Shown: positions 8,267-19,190, counted from the stretch's first letter. The stretch is DNA of 64,000 nucleotides from Nitrosopumilus sp. (GCA_965223425.1 OZ245003.1:1696001-1760000); one strand, 5' to 3'. The notes: a model not told the origin generated them from the letters alone. Numbers and translations are program-made.

Positions 8267-8554
8267 ATGCAAGGAGTGCAACCGGTTCCTTTGAGTTCCA
8301 AAGAGAGAAATTCCATACCAGAAGACCTTCCTGAATTTCCGGAATTCACAGACATGCCGGAACCCGCCCCACTGCTCACCAAGAGCTGGGAGGACTTTTG
8401 GGAGTATGCAAGGGAGATAACGCAGAAAAAATGGAAGAGAGACCCTTCCAGAGAGGAGATCATAGGAATCTTTGAGTCGTGCAATGATATGGACTGTGAA
8501 AACGGCACCTACTGGAGTACGGTAAGCGAGGCAGTTCGCAGGTACTATGAGTAA
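8267..8554 (+). CDS. Hypothetical protein
   Basis: ORF in operon-like run; start uncertain. Confidence 0.5.
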   Translation: MQGVQPVPLSSKERNSIPEDLPEFPEFTDMPEPAPLLTKSWEDFWEYAREITQKKWKRDPSREEIIGIFESCNDMDCENGTYWSTVSEAVRRYYE

Positions 8555-8772
8555 GAACATGCCGGGTACGGATTCCTCGATTAATGCGCAGTCCATGACA
8601 CGCAGGCAGGAGGACGGACAATGAAGAATACGGCAAAAATCAAAAAGGAAATTCATGTTCTGCTTGATTTGATTGACAGCCTGGAGGATCCGTCATTGAC
8701 CAACATGAGACGGCACTATCTTATGTCACTTGCAATAAGACAGCATTCCAGGATGGGGAGGCTGATGAAAAA

Positions 8773-9243
8773 ATGAGTCCAAAAACCGCACCGGAAAACA
8801 ATGCCGGAAAATATACGTCAGCAATGAGCACTGCGTCTAAAATTGGCGCTTTGTACCGGCACCGCACATCATCAGAGTCTTCCAAGAACGATCCGTCCGC
8901 AAGGAGGTACGTGCTGAAAGTGTTCTCTAAAAAAGACATCCGGACGGCGCTGAGGACGGCAGAAATCCTAACAGACGGGGAGCTCATGTGGAGTATCGTG
9001 GAGAGCGGGACTGACGCAAATAATGGCAGTCCGAACATACCGTGGAGTGATGTCAAAAACATGACGGAACGGAAGCATGAGGATGTCAAGGACTTTGAGG
9101 AACTGGACATTGAAGAAAAAATCAAAATACTGGAGAAGGGAGCAAAGATACTGTTCTCAAAAAAAGAGATAGATCGCACATTTGAGATAATTGCGAGAAT
9201 TGCGGATCTGAAAATTTCAGGCCCAGTCAACAAAGGAGGTTGA
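8773..9243 (+). CDS. Hypothetical protein
   Basis: 156-aa ORF preceded by GGGGAGG. Confidence 0.65.
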   Translation: MSPKTAPENNAGKYTSAMSTASKIGALYRHRTSSESSKNDPSARRYVLKVFSKKDIRTALRTAEILTDGELMWSIVESGTDANNGSPNIPWSDVKNMTERKHEDVKDFEELDIEEKIKILEKGAKILFSKKEIDRTFEIIARIADLKISGPVNKGG

Positions 9244-9248
9244 TAACT

Positions 9249-10037
9249 ATGGGAGAAGAAACACACACGCGACTTTCCGGCTCTGGGGAGTCCGGAACAA
9301 CAAGCATTCCAAAATACAATACAAGAACAGAAACCGTCATCCATGAGATGCTGGTGGAAAACACCGGCCGTATCCTGTGCGATTCCGGCGATGCCTATGG
9401 AAGATCATATCAGAAAAACCGGAAGGTGGGCGACTTTAGAAGGATACCCGACGTATTCCCGTCGCAGTATGCAGAAGGCGAGTTTGAAATGTGCAGGAGC
9501 CTGTTTGCATTTCTCAGCGACCAGCTGCACTATGACGAATCCATGAATGCGGAGTTTGAGAAATTCGACAGGAAGACCGACCCTGAAAACAAAATGGCAT
9601 GGCTTGAACTCGCAGAGGCGTTTGCAGAAAAAATGCAGGATGATGACGATATTGGAACAGTCAACACATACAACGAAGAGACATCCGCGCTTTCTGAAAT
9701 CATCCAGTACTGCACGTTCAGGAACGACGATGGAGAATACGTCATCCTTCAGATACACGGAGGCTGTGACGCACGCTACGGCTACACAAAACCGAGGGTC
9801 TTCTCAATCAATGAGATGGGCGGCCATGACGTCTTTGCCAGCAACATGAGAAGCATTGACGGCAGCTGTGAGTGTTGCGAATCCCGCACGTTTGACGGCG
9901 GACTGGAATGGGAAACGACGGCCAATGACGGCCAACATGTCGATGAGTCATTTCCAAGCGCATGGAATGCCGTCCTTTCACGCGACGGAAACTTTGTGGA
10001 ATGTGCCAGATGCCACAGCAGGGTTTCATTTTACTGA
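9249..10037 (+). CDS. Phage/plasmid-type conserved hypothetical protein
   Basis: Motifs ENTG..DSG.AYGR, NTYN, QIHGGCDARYGYT; starts after SD-hairpin motif. Confidence 0.75.
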   Translation: MGEETHTRLSGSGESGTTSIPKYNTRTETVIHEMLVENTGRILCDSGDAYGRSYQKNRKVGDFRRIPDVFPSQYAEGEFEMCRSLFAFLSDQLHYDESMNAEFEKFDRKTDPENKMAWLELAEAFAEKMQDDDDIGTVNTYNEETSALSEIIQYCTFRNDDGEYVILQIHGGCDARYGYTKPRVFSINEMGGHDVFASNMRSIDGSCECCESRTFDGGLEWETTANDGQHVDESFPSAWNAVLSRDGNFVECARCHSRVSFY

Positions 10038-10205
10038 CTGTGATGAAATTCAAAGAGGCAGTCGGCAAACTCCGTGATCAGTTGCGCAAGGCACTGTACA
10101 TGTCAGAGCAAATAGAGAAAAATGACTTTCCCGAACATGACACAATAGGTGTTACGGGAAAAAGGCACAAAGTCCGTGCCAGAATTCACAAAAAGAGGTG
10201 ATACT

Positions 10206-10628
10206 ATGGGACAAAAAACATATCCAAGACTTCCGGGCTATGACAAGCTCAGGAAGATAAGCAACAAAATACACTCTGTCCGCAAGGACGGGGAATACGA
10301 GCAGATAAGCCGGGCATATGACGAGATATTCTTTGATGAGAGTCCGAGCAGTACAAACCTTATCTCTGCTGCCGAACTGCTCCCATACTTCAAGAGTGAA
10401 AGGTATGCATACGGCAGCTTTCACATCCAGGCAGATAGGCTACAAGCACTTGCAATAAAGATGCAAAATTTCATCTGGAACAACCAGACTGACGTGCCAA
10501 AACTGAGAGAAGGCCTGAATGTGGCAGTCAAGGAGATAGACGATATGATAGAATACATCAAGGGCGAGTACCGCAAAAAGACAGGCAAGATCCGCAACAA
10601 CTGCAAGACATGCCCTGCAATGCCATAG
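10206..10628 (+). CDS. Hypothetical protein
   Basis: GAGGTG SD upstream of ATG 10206. Confidence 0.65.
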   Translation: MGQKTYPRLPGYDKLRKISNKIHSVRKDGEYEQISRAYDEIFFDESPSSTNLISAAELLPYFKSERYAYGSFHIQADRLQALAIKMQNFIWNNQTDVPKLREGLNVAVKEIDDMIEYIKGEYRKKTGKIRNNCKTCPAMP

Positions 10629-10657
10629 AAAACTATTCCATTGGTGGTGAACAATTC

Positions 10658-11056
10658 ATGAATAACGTAGAATATGAAGTAAATGCGGAATACAGACTAG
10701 ATGAGTTCAGGAAGGCCTTTGAAAAATTTGTAAAAAACCCAAAGGTGTGCGGTACGGTGGATGAATTTCACGGATATGAAGAGTCGTTTTGTGGGCTCTG
10801 GGTGTCCGGCGAGGAAGGCAATGAAATGGGCGACGGAAAGCCTGCGTTTTGCTACGGCGCGCCAGACAGGTGGAGCACCATTTGTTTGAAAGGGAATGAA
10901 ATGGGCGACGGAAAGCCCGCGCTTTCCCACTCTGTGGACTTTCTTTACGAGTTTGGCATACACAAGGACATGCGTTCCTGGCTTGAGAAGCAGGGGTTCT
11001 ATGCACAATGGTTCGACGGCGGCACTGTAATGATATACGGCAGGGACGCACTGTGA
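10658..11056 (+). CDS. Hypothetical protein, paralog of 28587-29057
   Basis: Shared TVDEF, VSGE.GN, PAF.Y, W.D.GTV motifs. Confidence 0.7.
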   Translation: MNNVEYEVNAEYRLDEFRKAFEKFVKNPKVCGTVDEFHGYEESFCGLWVSGEEGNEMGDGKPAFCYGAPDRWSTICLKGNEMGDGKPALSHSVDFLYEFGIHKDMRSWLEKQGFYAQWFDGGTVMIYGRDAL

Positions 11057-11090
11057 TGGCAATCGTACCTTTCAGGGAGCGGTGTAAACA

Positions 11091-11366
11091 TTGACGTGTC
11101 CTGCCTGTAAACAGAACATGCTCAAGGCGGACACGTGCCTCTTCAAATACGAGGAGCTGAACGGCAAGTTATACGAAAGAACATGCGAGCCTGATAACGA
11201 AAGATGCGGCGACTGCGGCATACTGAAGAAAAGCGGCAGCGCACATCACCCGGGCTGTGACAAGGAATACTGTCCTGTATGCAGAATGCAGGCAATGGGA
11301 TGCGACTGCAAGAACGGTCCCATGTATGTGGAAAGACCGGACGGCGTGGAGGTTGTAAACCAATGA
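11091..11366 (+). CDS. Cys/His-rich metal-binding protein
   Basis: RCGDCG...HHPGCD..YCPVC..Q...CDC. Confidence 0.7.
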   Translation: MTCPACKQNMLKADTCLFKYEELNGKLYERTCEPDNERCGDCGILKKSGSAHHPGCDKEYCPVCRMQAMGCDCKNGPMYVERPDGVEVVNQ

Positions 11367-11710
11367 GCGGCCACGATGCGCCACCGGTAAAAAACTACTG
11401 CAGTGATTATGACACCATGTTTGTGGCAGAAGGTGTGGAGTGGATGGTGCGCACCAATGAGACGGAGCTTGGAGGATACATCCAGGTTGACCGTGTCCGC
11501 AATGATGTGGACGGCAGAAAATACACCTGCGAGGACGGGTTTTTCTGCTCCGGTGAGGAGGCCTACAACATTGCAAAAGATGCCGGACACGATGAGTATG
11601 ACTCCTGGGACGAAAAAAGGATATTTGACTGTCTTGATAGTTCCGGTGTTCTTGAGGGTTGTTGCGACCTTCCATTACTCATGTGGGCACAATGCAGCCT
11701 CACAGCCTGA
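11363..11710 (+). CDS. Hypothetical acidic protein
   Basis: ATGA overlap with previous gene, GGAGG upstream. Confidence 0.6.
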   Translation: MSGHDAPPVKNYCSDYDTMFVAEGVEWMVRTNETELGGYIQVDRVRNDVDGRKYTCEDGFFCSGEEAYNIAKDAGHDEYDSWDEKRIFDCLDSSGVLEGCCDLPLLMWAQCSLTA

Positions 11711-12143
11711 AAGTTCGGAGGTTCCTGGCAGCTGATTACTGCCTGCGTTATTGCGGCATGAATCATCTCATGTAAGAAAGGTGGAAAAAATATGACAGTT
11801 CCAAAACAGATCAAGGAACCAAAGTCATTTTCCAAAACATGGATAAAAAACCCGAGAGCGCAGATGCGCAAACTTGTATCACAAATTGAGGAGGTGCATA
11901 TATGATGTTCATGACAGACAGGATTGCAAGGGGACTGCATGAAAGATTCAATGAGCAGATATGTATTCTGAAGGAAATTTCATCGACTCAGAAGGAGATT
12001 TCATCAACTCTCAAAAGCATAGATGGAAAAATCAAATAGCATCAATAACCAAAACCGCAGCATCGGCTGCCATGGAAATAGCTTATTTCCAGAACGCGAC
12101 ACAACCTGTTGCGACAACAAAGTCAACAAAGGAGGTTGATAGT

Positions 12144-12401
12144 ATGAGCCAGACAGAAGAAAATATTTGCGACCCAGAAAACTGCACCGACGGAGAAACA
12201 CATGAATTTGATTCAAAACTCTCCGTGGCAGTCTACAACAAAGAACCAGAAAACAAAAACCAGATAGAATTTTCCGATGACTATTCGGAAATAAACACGA
12301 TAGGACAGGTACTTGAAAAAAGATACACGTGTCTTAAATGTGGAAGGAAGATTCATGAGAGATTCAGATACGAGTCGTCGCGCTTTGCAGACGATGACTA
12401 G
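12144..12401 (+). CDS. Small acidic Zn-ribbon-like protein
   Basis: Starts after SD-hairpin motif; CLKC. Confidence 0.65.
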   Translation: MSQTEENICDPENCTDGETHEFDSKLSVAVYNKEPENKNQIEFSDDYSEINTIGQVLEKRYTCLKCGRKIHERFRYESSRFADDD

Positions 12402-12452
12402 AACAGCTTATTCCGATTTGGAATGAATTCAAAAACCAAGGGAGGTAACAAA

Positions 12453-13292
12453 ATGGCGCAAGAACAAATACAGAAGGAACGGACGACAATAATTGTAATG
12501 AATGGCGGCCAGGTCAAGTCATTTAGGAAAGCAGTACAGCTGATTAATAATCAGGTTGGCGGCGAACTGACTTTCAGAATAAGGGACGGATTTATCCATT
12601 TACAAAAAATGGATCCCGGCCATGTCTGCATGGTCGACTTTAGGTTCCGTCCATCACACATTCATGAAAGTCACAAGCAGTTTGGAATACATTCAAACGA
12701 CCTGTACCAGATAACCAGACACCTGAGGAATGATTCCGAGGTGGAAATGGCAATCAAAGATAAAACCATGACCATCTTTGTATATGACGGAAGCTTCGGT
12801 ATGGATGAGGCGGTGGAAATAGCCATCAAAGATGAAACCATGACCATCCCCGCATTTGATAAAGTGTCAAAAAGACACGTACTAAAAGTCAGTGAGGGCG
12901 ACATATGTGACTGCTTCCTGCCGTGTGTAAAGTACACACACCGGATAAACATGGCAAAAGAGCATGTCGGGGAGATAACATCAAAGCTGAAACAGTTTGA
13001 TTTTATGAAAATCAGAATTGAAGACCAGAACGTCACGTACGCGGCAAAAAACAGCATCAGGGATGTAAAATTGGAACTGTGTCACGAGATCGGGGAGTGT
13101 AATGGAATTATGGATTCAGAGTATGACATGAAATTCCTGCCACAGGCATTTAAAATTTGCACGCAGATCAGCGAGTGTGAGTTGTACATTGCCAGTGAAA
13201 GTCCGCTCAAACTTGCAGTCAAAAACGATGATCTGAGCATCGATTATTACCTGGCCCCACGGATTAAAGATTCGGGCAGTGCAACGGAATAA
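12453..13292 (+). CDS. Divergent PCNA (DNA sliding clamp)-like protein
   Basis: MDPGHVCMVD near N-terminus, SPLKL and C-terminal YYLAPRI are PCNA signatures; PCNA-like length. Confidence 0.75.
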   Translation: MAQEQIQKERTTIIVMNGGQVKSFRKAVQLINNQVGGELTFRIRDGFIHLQKMDPGHVCMVDFRFRPSHIHESHKQFGIHSNDLYQITRHLRNDSEVEMAIKDKTMTIFVYDGSFGMDEAVEIAIKDETMTIPAFDKVSKRHVLKVSEGDICDCFLPCVKYTHRINMAKEHVGEITSKLKQFDFMKIRIEDQNVTYAAKNSIRDVKLELCHEIGECNGIMDSEYDMKFLPQAFKICTQISECELYIASESPLKLAVKNDDLSIDYYLAPRIKDSGSATE

Positions 13293-13294
13293 AA

Positions 13295-15583
13295 ATGGAC
13301 AAACAAAAAATCTACAAGCCGACACTAATCTCTGAGAACGCACTGGATATTCCGAATCCCGGATATGCCGGCAAGATGCCCGATGGCACGCAGGACGGCT
13401 TTATCTCAACCAAGATAGAGGAGGACGTAACAATCCAGAGGATATCCCACGATCTGTACAAGCATGCGTCATCGGGATTCCGCGAACTGTTTGTCAATGA
13501 GGCAAGATTCTGCAGACATGCGCGCGACTGCCATGACGCAGACCCGGTCATAAACGTGAAAATAGGCAAGAACCGCGAGCTGATAATCGAGGGCCGTGAC
13601 TCCATGGGGATGTCATGGGAGACATTCAGCAACGTGTATACGGTACTTGGCAGGTCCACCAACTTTGACGGCCAGACGCCGGGACAGTTCGGCTTTGGCC
13701 GGGCGGCATACACATGTCTCTCCGAAATCATGATAATGGAGGTCCACTCGCGCGAGACCGGCGAAAAGTTTGCCGTGATGGGCAAAAACGGAGTGGGGTG
13801 GCAGACCGGACTTCCGACACCGGAAGACATGGACTTTTTCGGATGCAGAATAACCATGACATTGTACGATGACGTAGATATCAGGTCAATCATCAGAATG
13901 ATGAAAAACTGCTGCAAACTGAGCGGCGTCCGGGCCACGCTGGACACAAGGGACGCACTGGACATCATCGATTTTGGCTACGGGGATGACCAAAGTGCAT
14001 ACCGCGCATACGAACCAGGAACTCTTGAAGGCATGTATAACAAGTTGATTGATACTGAACGCTGCGATCACGTGCTAGACATCTCTGCCGAAGAAGGCGG
14101 AATAGAGATGATGATCGGATACCAAGTGCAAACATGGTCAGAGGAGAGGGGTCCTAAGCGTAGAATGATACACACGTATACTGAAAATAACGAATGCTAT
14201 CTTGCAGGCGTTCCAATTGGGGAGCTGAAAATCGACAGTAATGTGCATTCTCTGCTGGGTTCTGCAAATACAATTCTGGTCAACATCAAAGACGAGCGCA
14301 CGTACAGTCCCACCCCCGACAGGGAGAGGCTAAAGGACGATGCGGAGAAAAGGATATGCGACATAGTGGAGAACAGGATATGGTGCGAGATTAGGGACCG
14401 CTTTTCCGGCATCAAAACAGTCGATGACTATGTCAATCATCCCAACAGGGAATTCATTGACGGGGTTTTCAACAGCAGAGACGACCATTGGTCATTTATG
14501 ACTGAAAACCACATGGAACTGGGAAGGGCCATGGCAGTCACCCTAGTTGATGAAAACAAACGGCACATAAATCTTGAATACATCGCACCCGGCCGGAAGG
14601 AGCTGCTGATCACGGACAAAATGAGCAGGTCAAAGGTATCTGCTGCCAAAGAGTTCAGTCAGGCAGTGAAGGTGGTCAGGCCCCTTGATTATGAAAACAC
14701 CCATTCACTCTTTGAGAACCTGGGGGTGCGCACCCTTGATGACTATATCGCCAGCAACGGCATAACTGTCAAAATGATTGAGAGTGACGATGTACCGGAG
14801 CCGTTTGTAATCCATGAGACACATTATGGTTACTGGAATTCAGAAAACCATAATGTATTGTTCAAAAAATCAACCAGAAACACGACTGACTGCGACATGC
14901 CGGACAACGTCATCATAGCAAAGAAAAACTTTGGAATGCTGTGTGATTTGCTGAGAACAGTTGAAACAGAATACCGTGTAACAAAGTACAAAAAAACGGC
15001 AAAGGGCGGACTGCGTGAGGAAGAGTTCTTTGAGCGTGTGAGAAAATCGGCATATGCCACAAATGACGGGCCAATGGGCATAGATGACATATCCGAGACG
15101 GATAAAAAAATCGTCATGGTACCATACGAGCGTGAATCGCTTGCAAAATACATGCAGTCCGACAAGATTCTATACGTTGTCGGCAGCGATGACAAGCTCT
15201 TTGAGATGTCTGCGCATCTAAAGATGCACAAGAGGGAATTCCACATATCAGACACGAAATATAGATTCAGGGATTATAATAAAGAGATCATGTTTCCTGA
15301 GGAATATTTCAAACTGATAAAAGGGTATATTGCTCATGTCGATTCTTTCTCAGACCAGATCAAGATATGCTCGGCATACATACATGGATACCGCGCGATC
15401 AAAAACGAGGACGCAAGAAAGATGTTTCTGGGATTCGTGCTAGGTACAAAACACAACCATGACATCCGATACCCCGATGTATCACAAATGCTGGAAAGGG
15501 CGTTTCACATCGATGAGTCGCTGGAAAAGAAAACAAAGGAAAATGGACAAACAAAAAATCTACAAGCCGACACTAATCTCTGA
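13295..15583 (+). CDS. GHKL (Hsp90/HATPase-like) N-terminal domain protein, rIIA-like, copy 1
   Basis: DLY...FRELFVNE, RDSMGM, LGRST, GQFGFG motifs; TPDRERL; 762 aa. Confidence 0.7.
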   Translation: MDKQKIYKPTLISENALDIPNPGYAGKMPDGTQDGFISTKIEEDVTIQRISHDLYKHASSGFRELFVNEARFCRHARDCHDADPVINVKIGKNRELIIEGRDSMGMSWETFSNVYTVLGRSTNFDGQTPGQFGFGRAAYTCLSEIMIMEVHSRETGEKFAVMGKNGVGWQTGLPTPEDMDFFGCRITMTLYDDVDIRSIIRMMKNCCKLSGVRATLDTRDALDIIDFGYGDDQSAYRAYEPGTLEGMYNKLIDTERCDHVLDISAEEGGIEMMIGYQVQTWSEERGPKRRMIHTYTENNECYLAGVPIGELKIDSNVHSLLGSANTILVNIKDERTYSPTPDRERLKDDAEKRICDIVENRIWCEIRDRFSGIKTVDDYVNHPNREFIDGVFNSRDDHWSFMTENHMELGRAMAVTLVDENKRHINLEYIAPGRKELLITDKMSRSKVSAAKEFSQAVKVVRPLDYENTHSLFENLGVRTLDDYIASNGITVKMIESDDVPEPFVIHETHYGYWNSENHNVLFKKSTRNTTDCDMPDNVIIAKKNFGMLCDLLRTVETEYRVTKYKKTAKGGLREEEFFERVRKSAYATNDGPMGIDDISETDKKIVMVPYERESLAKYMQSDKILYVVGSDDKLFEMSAHLKMHKREFHISDTKYRFRDYNKEIMFPEEYFKLIKGYIAHVDSFSDQIKICSAYIHGYRAIKNEDARKMFLGFVLGTKHNHDIRYPDVSQMLERAFHIDESLEKKTKENGQTKNLQADTNL

Positions 15584-17819
15584 GAACGCACTGGATATTC
15601 CGAATCCCGGATATGCCGGCAAGATGCCCGATGGCACGCAGGACGGCTTTATCTCAACCAAGATAGAGGAGGACGTAACAATCCAGAGGATATCCCACGA
15701 TCTGTACAAGCATGCGTCATCGGGATTCCGCGAACTGTTTGTCAATGAGGCAAGATTCTGCAGACATGCGCGCGACTGCCATGACGCAGACCCGGTCATA
15801 AACGTGAAAATAGGCAAGAACCGCGAGCTGATAATCGAGGGCCGTGACTCCATGGGGATGTCATGGGAGACATTCAGCAACGTGTATACGGTACTTGGCA
15901 GGTCCACCAACTTTGACGGCCAGACGCCGGGACAGTTCGGCTTTGGCCGGGCGGCATACACATGTCTCTCCGAAATCATGATAATGGAGGTCCACTCGCG
16001 CGAGACCGGCGAAAAGTTTGCCGTGATGGGCAAAAACGGAGTGGGGTGGCAGACCGGACTTCCGACACCGGAAGACATGGACTTTTTCGGATGCAGAATA
16101 ACCATGACATTGTACGATGACGTAGATATCAGGTCAATCATCAGAATGATGAAAAACTGCTGCAAACTGAGCGGCGTCCGGGCCACGCTGGACATAAGGG
16201 ACGCACTGGACATCACCGGTTTCAGCATCCATGAGCACGAAAGAAAGTACCTCACATACAAACCGGGAACTCTTGAAGGCATGTATTACGCGTCGACTTA
16301 CTGTGACGACGGCGAGCACCTGCTAAACATCTCTGCCGAAGAAGGCGGAATAGAGATGATGATCGGATACAAAACGAAAGAACGGTCAGAAGGAAGAGGC
16401 CCTAAACGCAGAAGTGTGTCCTCGTATATTGAAAATAACGAATGCTATCTTGCAGGCGTTCCAATTGACGAGCTGAAAATCGACAGTAATGTGCATTCTC
16501 TGCTGGGTTCTGCAAATACAATTCTGGTCAACATCAAAGACGAGCGCACGTACAGTCCCACCCCCGACAGGGAGAGGCTAAAGGACGATGCGGAGAAAAG
16601 GATATGCGACATAGTGGAGAACGCGATAGGGTGCGAGATTAGGGACCGCTTTTCCGGCATCAAAACAGTCAATGACTATGTCAACCATCCCGACAGGAAA
16701 TTCATTGACGGGATTTGCAACAACGAACTCAACTTTCGGTCAATTCTGACTGAGAACCTCATGGAACTGGGAAGGGTCCTGGCAGTCACCCTAGTTGATG
16801 AAAACAAACGGCACATAAATCTTGAAGACATCGCACCCGGCCGGAAGGAGCTGCTGATCACGGACAAAATGAGCAGGTCAAAGATATCTGCCGCCAAAGA
16901 GTTCAGTCCGGCAGTGAAGGTGGTCAGGCCCCTTGATTATGAAAACACCCGTTCACTCTTTGAGAACCTGGGGGTGCGCACCCTTGATGACTATATCGCC
17001 AGCAACGGCATAACTGTCAAAATGATTGAGAGTGACGATGCCGTGCGGCCGTTTGTAATCCATGAGACGTCCCACAGCGACGCGGACATTGGATGCGGCA
17101 GTGAGCAGTTCAGAAAAACAACCACAAACACGACTGACTGCGACATGCCGGACAACGTCATCATAGCAAATAAAAACTTTGGAATGCTGTGTGATTTGCT
17201 GCGGACATTCGACACCAAATACCGCGTAACAAAGTATAGAAAAACGGCAAAGGGCGGACTGCGTGAGGAAGAGTTCCTTGAGCGTGTGAGAAAATCGACA
17301 TATGCCACAAATGACGGGCCAATGGGCATAGATGACATATCCGAGACGGATAAAAAAATCGTCATGGTACCGTACGACAGGGAATCGCTTGCAAAATACA
17401 TTCCATCCGAGGAGATACTGTACGTTGTAGGCACCTACGACAAGCTCTTTGAGGTGTCGGCCCATCTGAATGTGAATGGGAGGAAATTTCACGTGTCAAT
17501 CATAAGATGCGGCTATGGCCTTAGGAGTGAGTCAACCATGTTCCCTGAGAAACACATCAAACTGATGGAGGAATGTCTGGTTTACGACACGGAATGGCGC
17601 GACCAGATCAAGATATGTTTGGCGTACATAGACGGCCACCACACGATCAAAAACGACAACATAAAAAAGATGTTTCTGGGATTCGTGTCAGGTTCAAAAC
17701 ACAACTACAACATACGATACCCCGATGTATCACAAATGCTGGAAAGGGCGCTTTGCATCGACGAAGAACTGCAGAACCAAACAAAGGAAAATGGCACACA
17801 CGTCACTGGCAATACTTGA
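15543..17819 (+). CDS. GHKL domain rIIA-like protein, tandem copy 2
   Basis: First ~215 aa identical to copy 1, then alternating identical and divergent blocks. Confidence 0.7.
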   Translation: MDKQKIYKPTLISENALDIPNPGYAGKMPDGTQDGFISTKIEEDVTIQRISHDLYKHASSGFRELFVNEARFCRHARDCHDADPVINVKIGKNRELIIEGRDSMGMSWETFSNVYTVLGRSTNFDGQTPGQFGFGRAAYTCLSEIMIMEVHSRETGEKFAVMGKNGVGWQTGLPTPEDMDFFGCRITMTLYDDVDIRSIIRMMKNCCKLSGVRATLDIRDALDITGFSIHEHERKYLTYKPGTLEGMYYASTYCDDGEHLLNISAEEGGIEMMIGYKTKERSEGRGPKRRSVSSYIENNECYLAGVPIDELKIDSNVHSLLGSANTILVNIKDERTYSPTPDRERLKDDAEKRICDIVENAIGCEIRDRFSGIKTVNDYVNHPDRKFIDGICNNELNFRSILTENLMELGRVLAVTLVDENKRHINLEDIAPGRKELLITDKMSRSKISAAKEFSPAVKVVRPLDYENTRSLFENLGVRTLDDYIASNGITVKMIESDDAVRPFVIHETSHSDADIGCGSEQFRKTTTNTTDCDMPDNVIIANKNFGMLCDLLRTFDTKYRVTKYRKTAKGGLREEEFLERVRKSTYATNDGPMGIDDISETDKKIVMVPYDRESLAKYIPSEEILYVVGTYDKLFEVSAHLNVNGRKFHVSIIRCGYGLRSESTMFPEKHIKLMEECLVYDTEWRDQIKICLAYIDGHHTIKNDNIKKMFLGFVSGSKHNYNIRYPDVSQMLERALCIDEELQNQTKENGTHVTGNT

Positions 17820-18570
17820 AGAGCGCCATAATCTGCTGATCATCCAGACCGGCAGCGGGAAGGTGGCAACAGTTCCAAGGTCGGAGTATATAGTCCTCAA
17901 GTTCAAGCACTACAACGGCAACAGGATATTTTACGACTTTGGCAAGGCAGTAGGAGAAGAAGAATGCAGTACTGCAAGAATAGCGGAGACATACGATGAC
18001 GGCATCTTTAACTGCTGGTACAAAAAACAGCACGTTCAGATATCTGACACAAAGTCCATAGCTCATGCAATCATGACAAAAAACAGGGACGAGTATGTCG
18101 ACATATTTGCGCGCTGGTACGGAATCCGGCAGCAGAAAGAGACAATTGACATGATTATCCGAAACTACACGGATCGTGTCAGCAATGTCAGCTCTGATAT
18201 GTATGTGATAGACGGCGTGTTTGCAGTTGGCTCAAGTGCTGCAGATTATTATTCAAAAAATCCAGCTGATATGTATGTGATAGACGGCGTGTTTGCAGTT
18301 GACAGTCACGGTGTCTCACATTACATGGAGGACAACAGGTGGAATTCCCTGTGTCTTGTTGCAAATTCGATCAGGGAGCCAAAAAATATCGAACTGCCGG
18401 GCATCGGACTTGTCGCGTTAAACGAGATAACGCAGACAATACTTGCAAAAATACTGTTTCTGCTGTACCCGAAAGAGGACACCGTGTTTTTGAACCAGAT
18501 CCCGCAGCACCTGAAGGATCATGTCAGAAAGACAATGGAGCAGAACAAAAAAACAGAGACTACTGCATGA
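17791..18570 (+). CDS. Hypothetical protein coupled to the GHKL genes
   Basis: Overlaps copy 2 stop; internal DMYVIDGVFAV duplication. Confidence 0.7.
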   Translation: MAHTSLAILEERHNLLIIQTGSGKVATVPRSEYIVLKFKHYNGNRIFYDFGKAVGEEECSTARIAETYDDGIFNCWYKKQHVQISDTKSIAHAIMTKNRDEYVDIFARWYGIRQQKETIDMIIRNYTDRVSNVSSDMYVIDGVFAVGSSAADYYSKNPADMYVIDGVFAVDSHGVSHYMEDNRWNSLCLVANSIREPKNIELPGIGLVALNEITQTILAKILFLLYPKEDTVFLNQIPQHLKDHVRKTMEQNKKTETTA

Positions 18571-18749
18571 GAGATGCAGTGTATAAGGCCAATACTGGCA
18601 CGGCCATCACATTCACGGCAGAAGCGCGTGATGGGGCCGTTGCCATGACGACAGGGATGTCGAATTTAGAAACCAACAAAGGAGGTTGATTGCATGGATA
18701 TGGAAAATGAATATCAAGAAAGACCCGAATGGGACTGGATACAGAGAAA

Positions 18750-19190
18750 ATGAGCAACGTAAACGTCAGGACATCACCGCCCTACGACCGGGCATGTGAG
18801 ATTCTGCAAAAGACAAACGACGGAGAAGAACTGTCAGGCAGTCATCTGAGGCTGGTAGAGATGATGGTCAATGGCAATGACATTACAGAGAAGATGGAGG
18901 TGGAGTTTGAAAAACTCTACGAGAACGTCAGAACTGGATATGTCAAGCCATGGCTGTTTGGAATACGGCACATGACTGCTGACCACGAGGGATACATCTA
19001 CTGGCGCGGCAGACAGGTGGAGCACTACTCCCATGATAGCTATAAGGGGATGCGCCAATCCGCAAAGGACCTGGAAAGAAGGGCCCTTATTCTGGAATCA
19101 AGGGGAATCAAGGTGACTTTTGGATCCCTTTTCATGGAATGGAACAACAAGTCCGGGCCATGTTCCAAACTGACGTGCCATAAGAAATGA
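18750..19190 (+). CDS. Hypothetical protein
   Basis: Coupled by ATGA to a 19-aa ORF (18694-18753) that follows an SD-hairpin motif; DHEGYIYWRG..VEHY. Confidence 0.65.
   Translation: MSNVNVRTSPPYDRACEILQKTNDGEELSGSHLRLVEMMVNGNDITEKMEVEFEKLYENVRTGYVKPWLFGIRHMTADHEGYIYWRGRQVEHYSHDSYKGMRQSAKDLERRALILESRGIKVTFGSLFMEWNNKSGPCSKLTCHKK

Noticed and set aside
13312-17492. Long minus-strand ORFs within the element
   Set aside because: Shadow frames of well-supported plus-strand genes, with no recognisable motifs.
13295-17819. Diversity-generating retroelement as the source of the variable patches
   Set aside because: No reverse transcriptase in the window, and differences are not adenine-specific.
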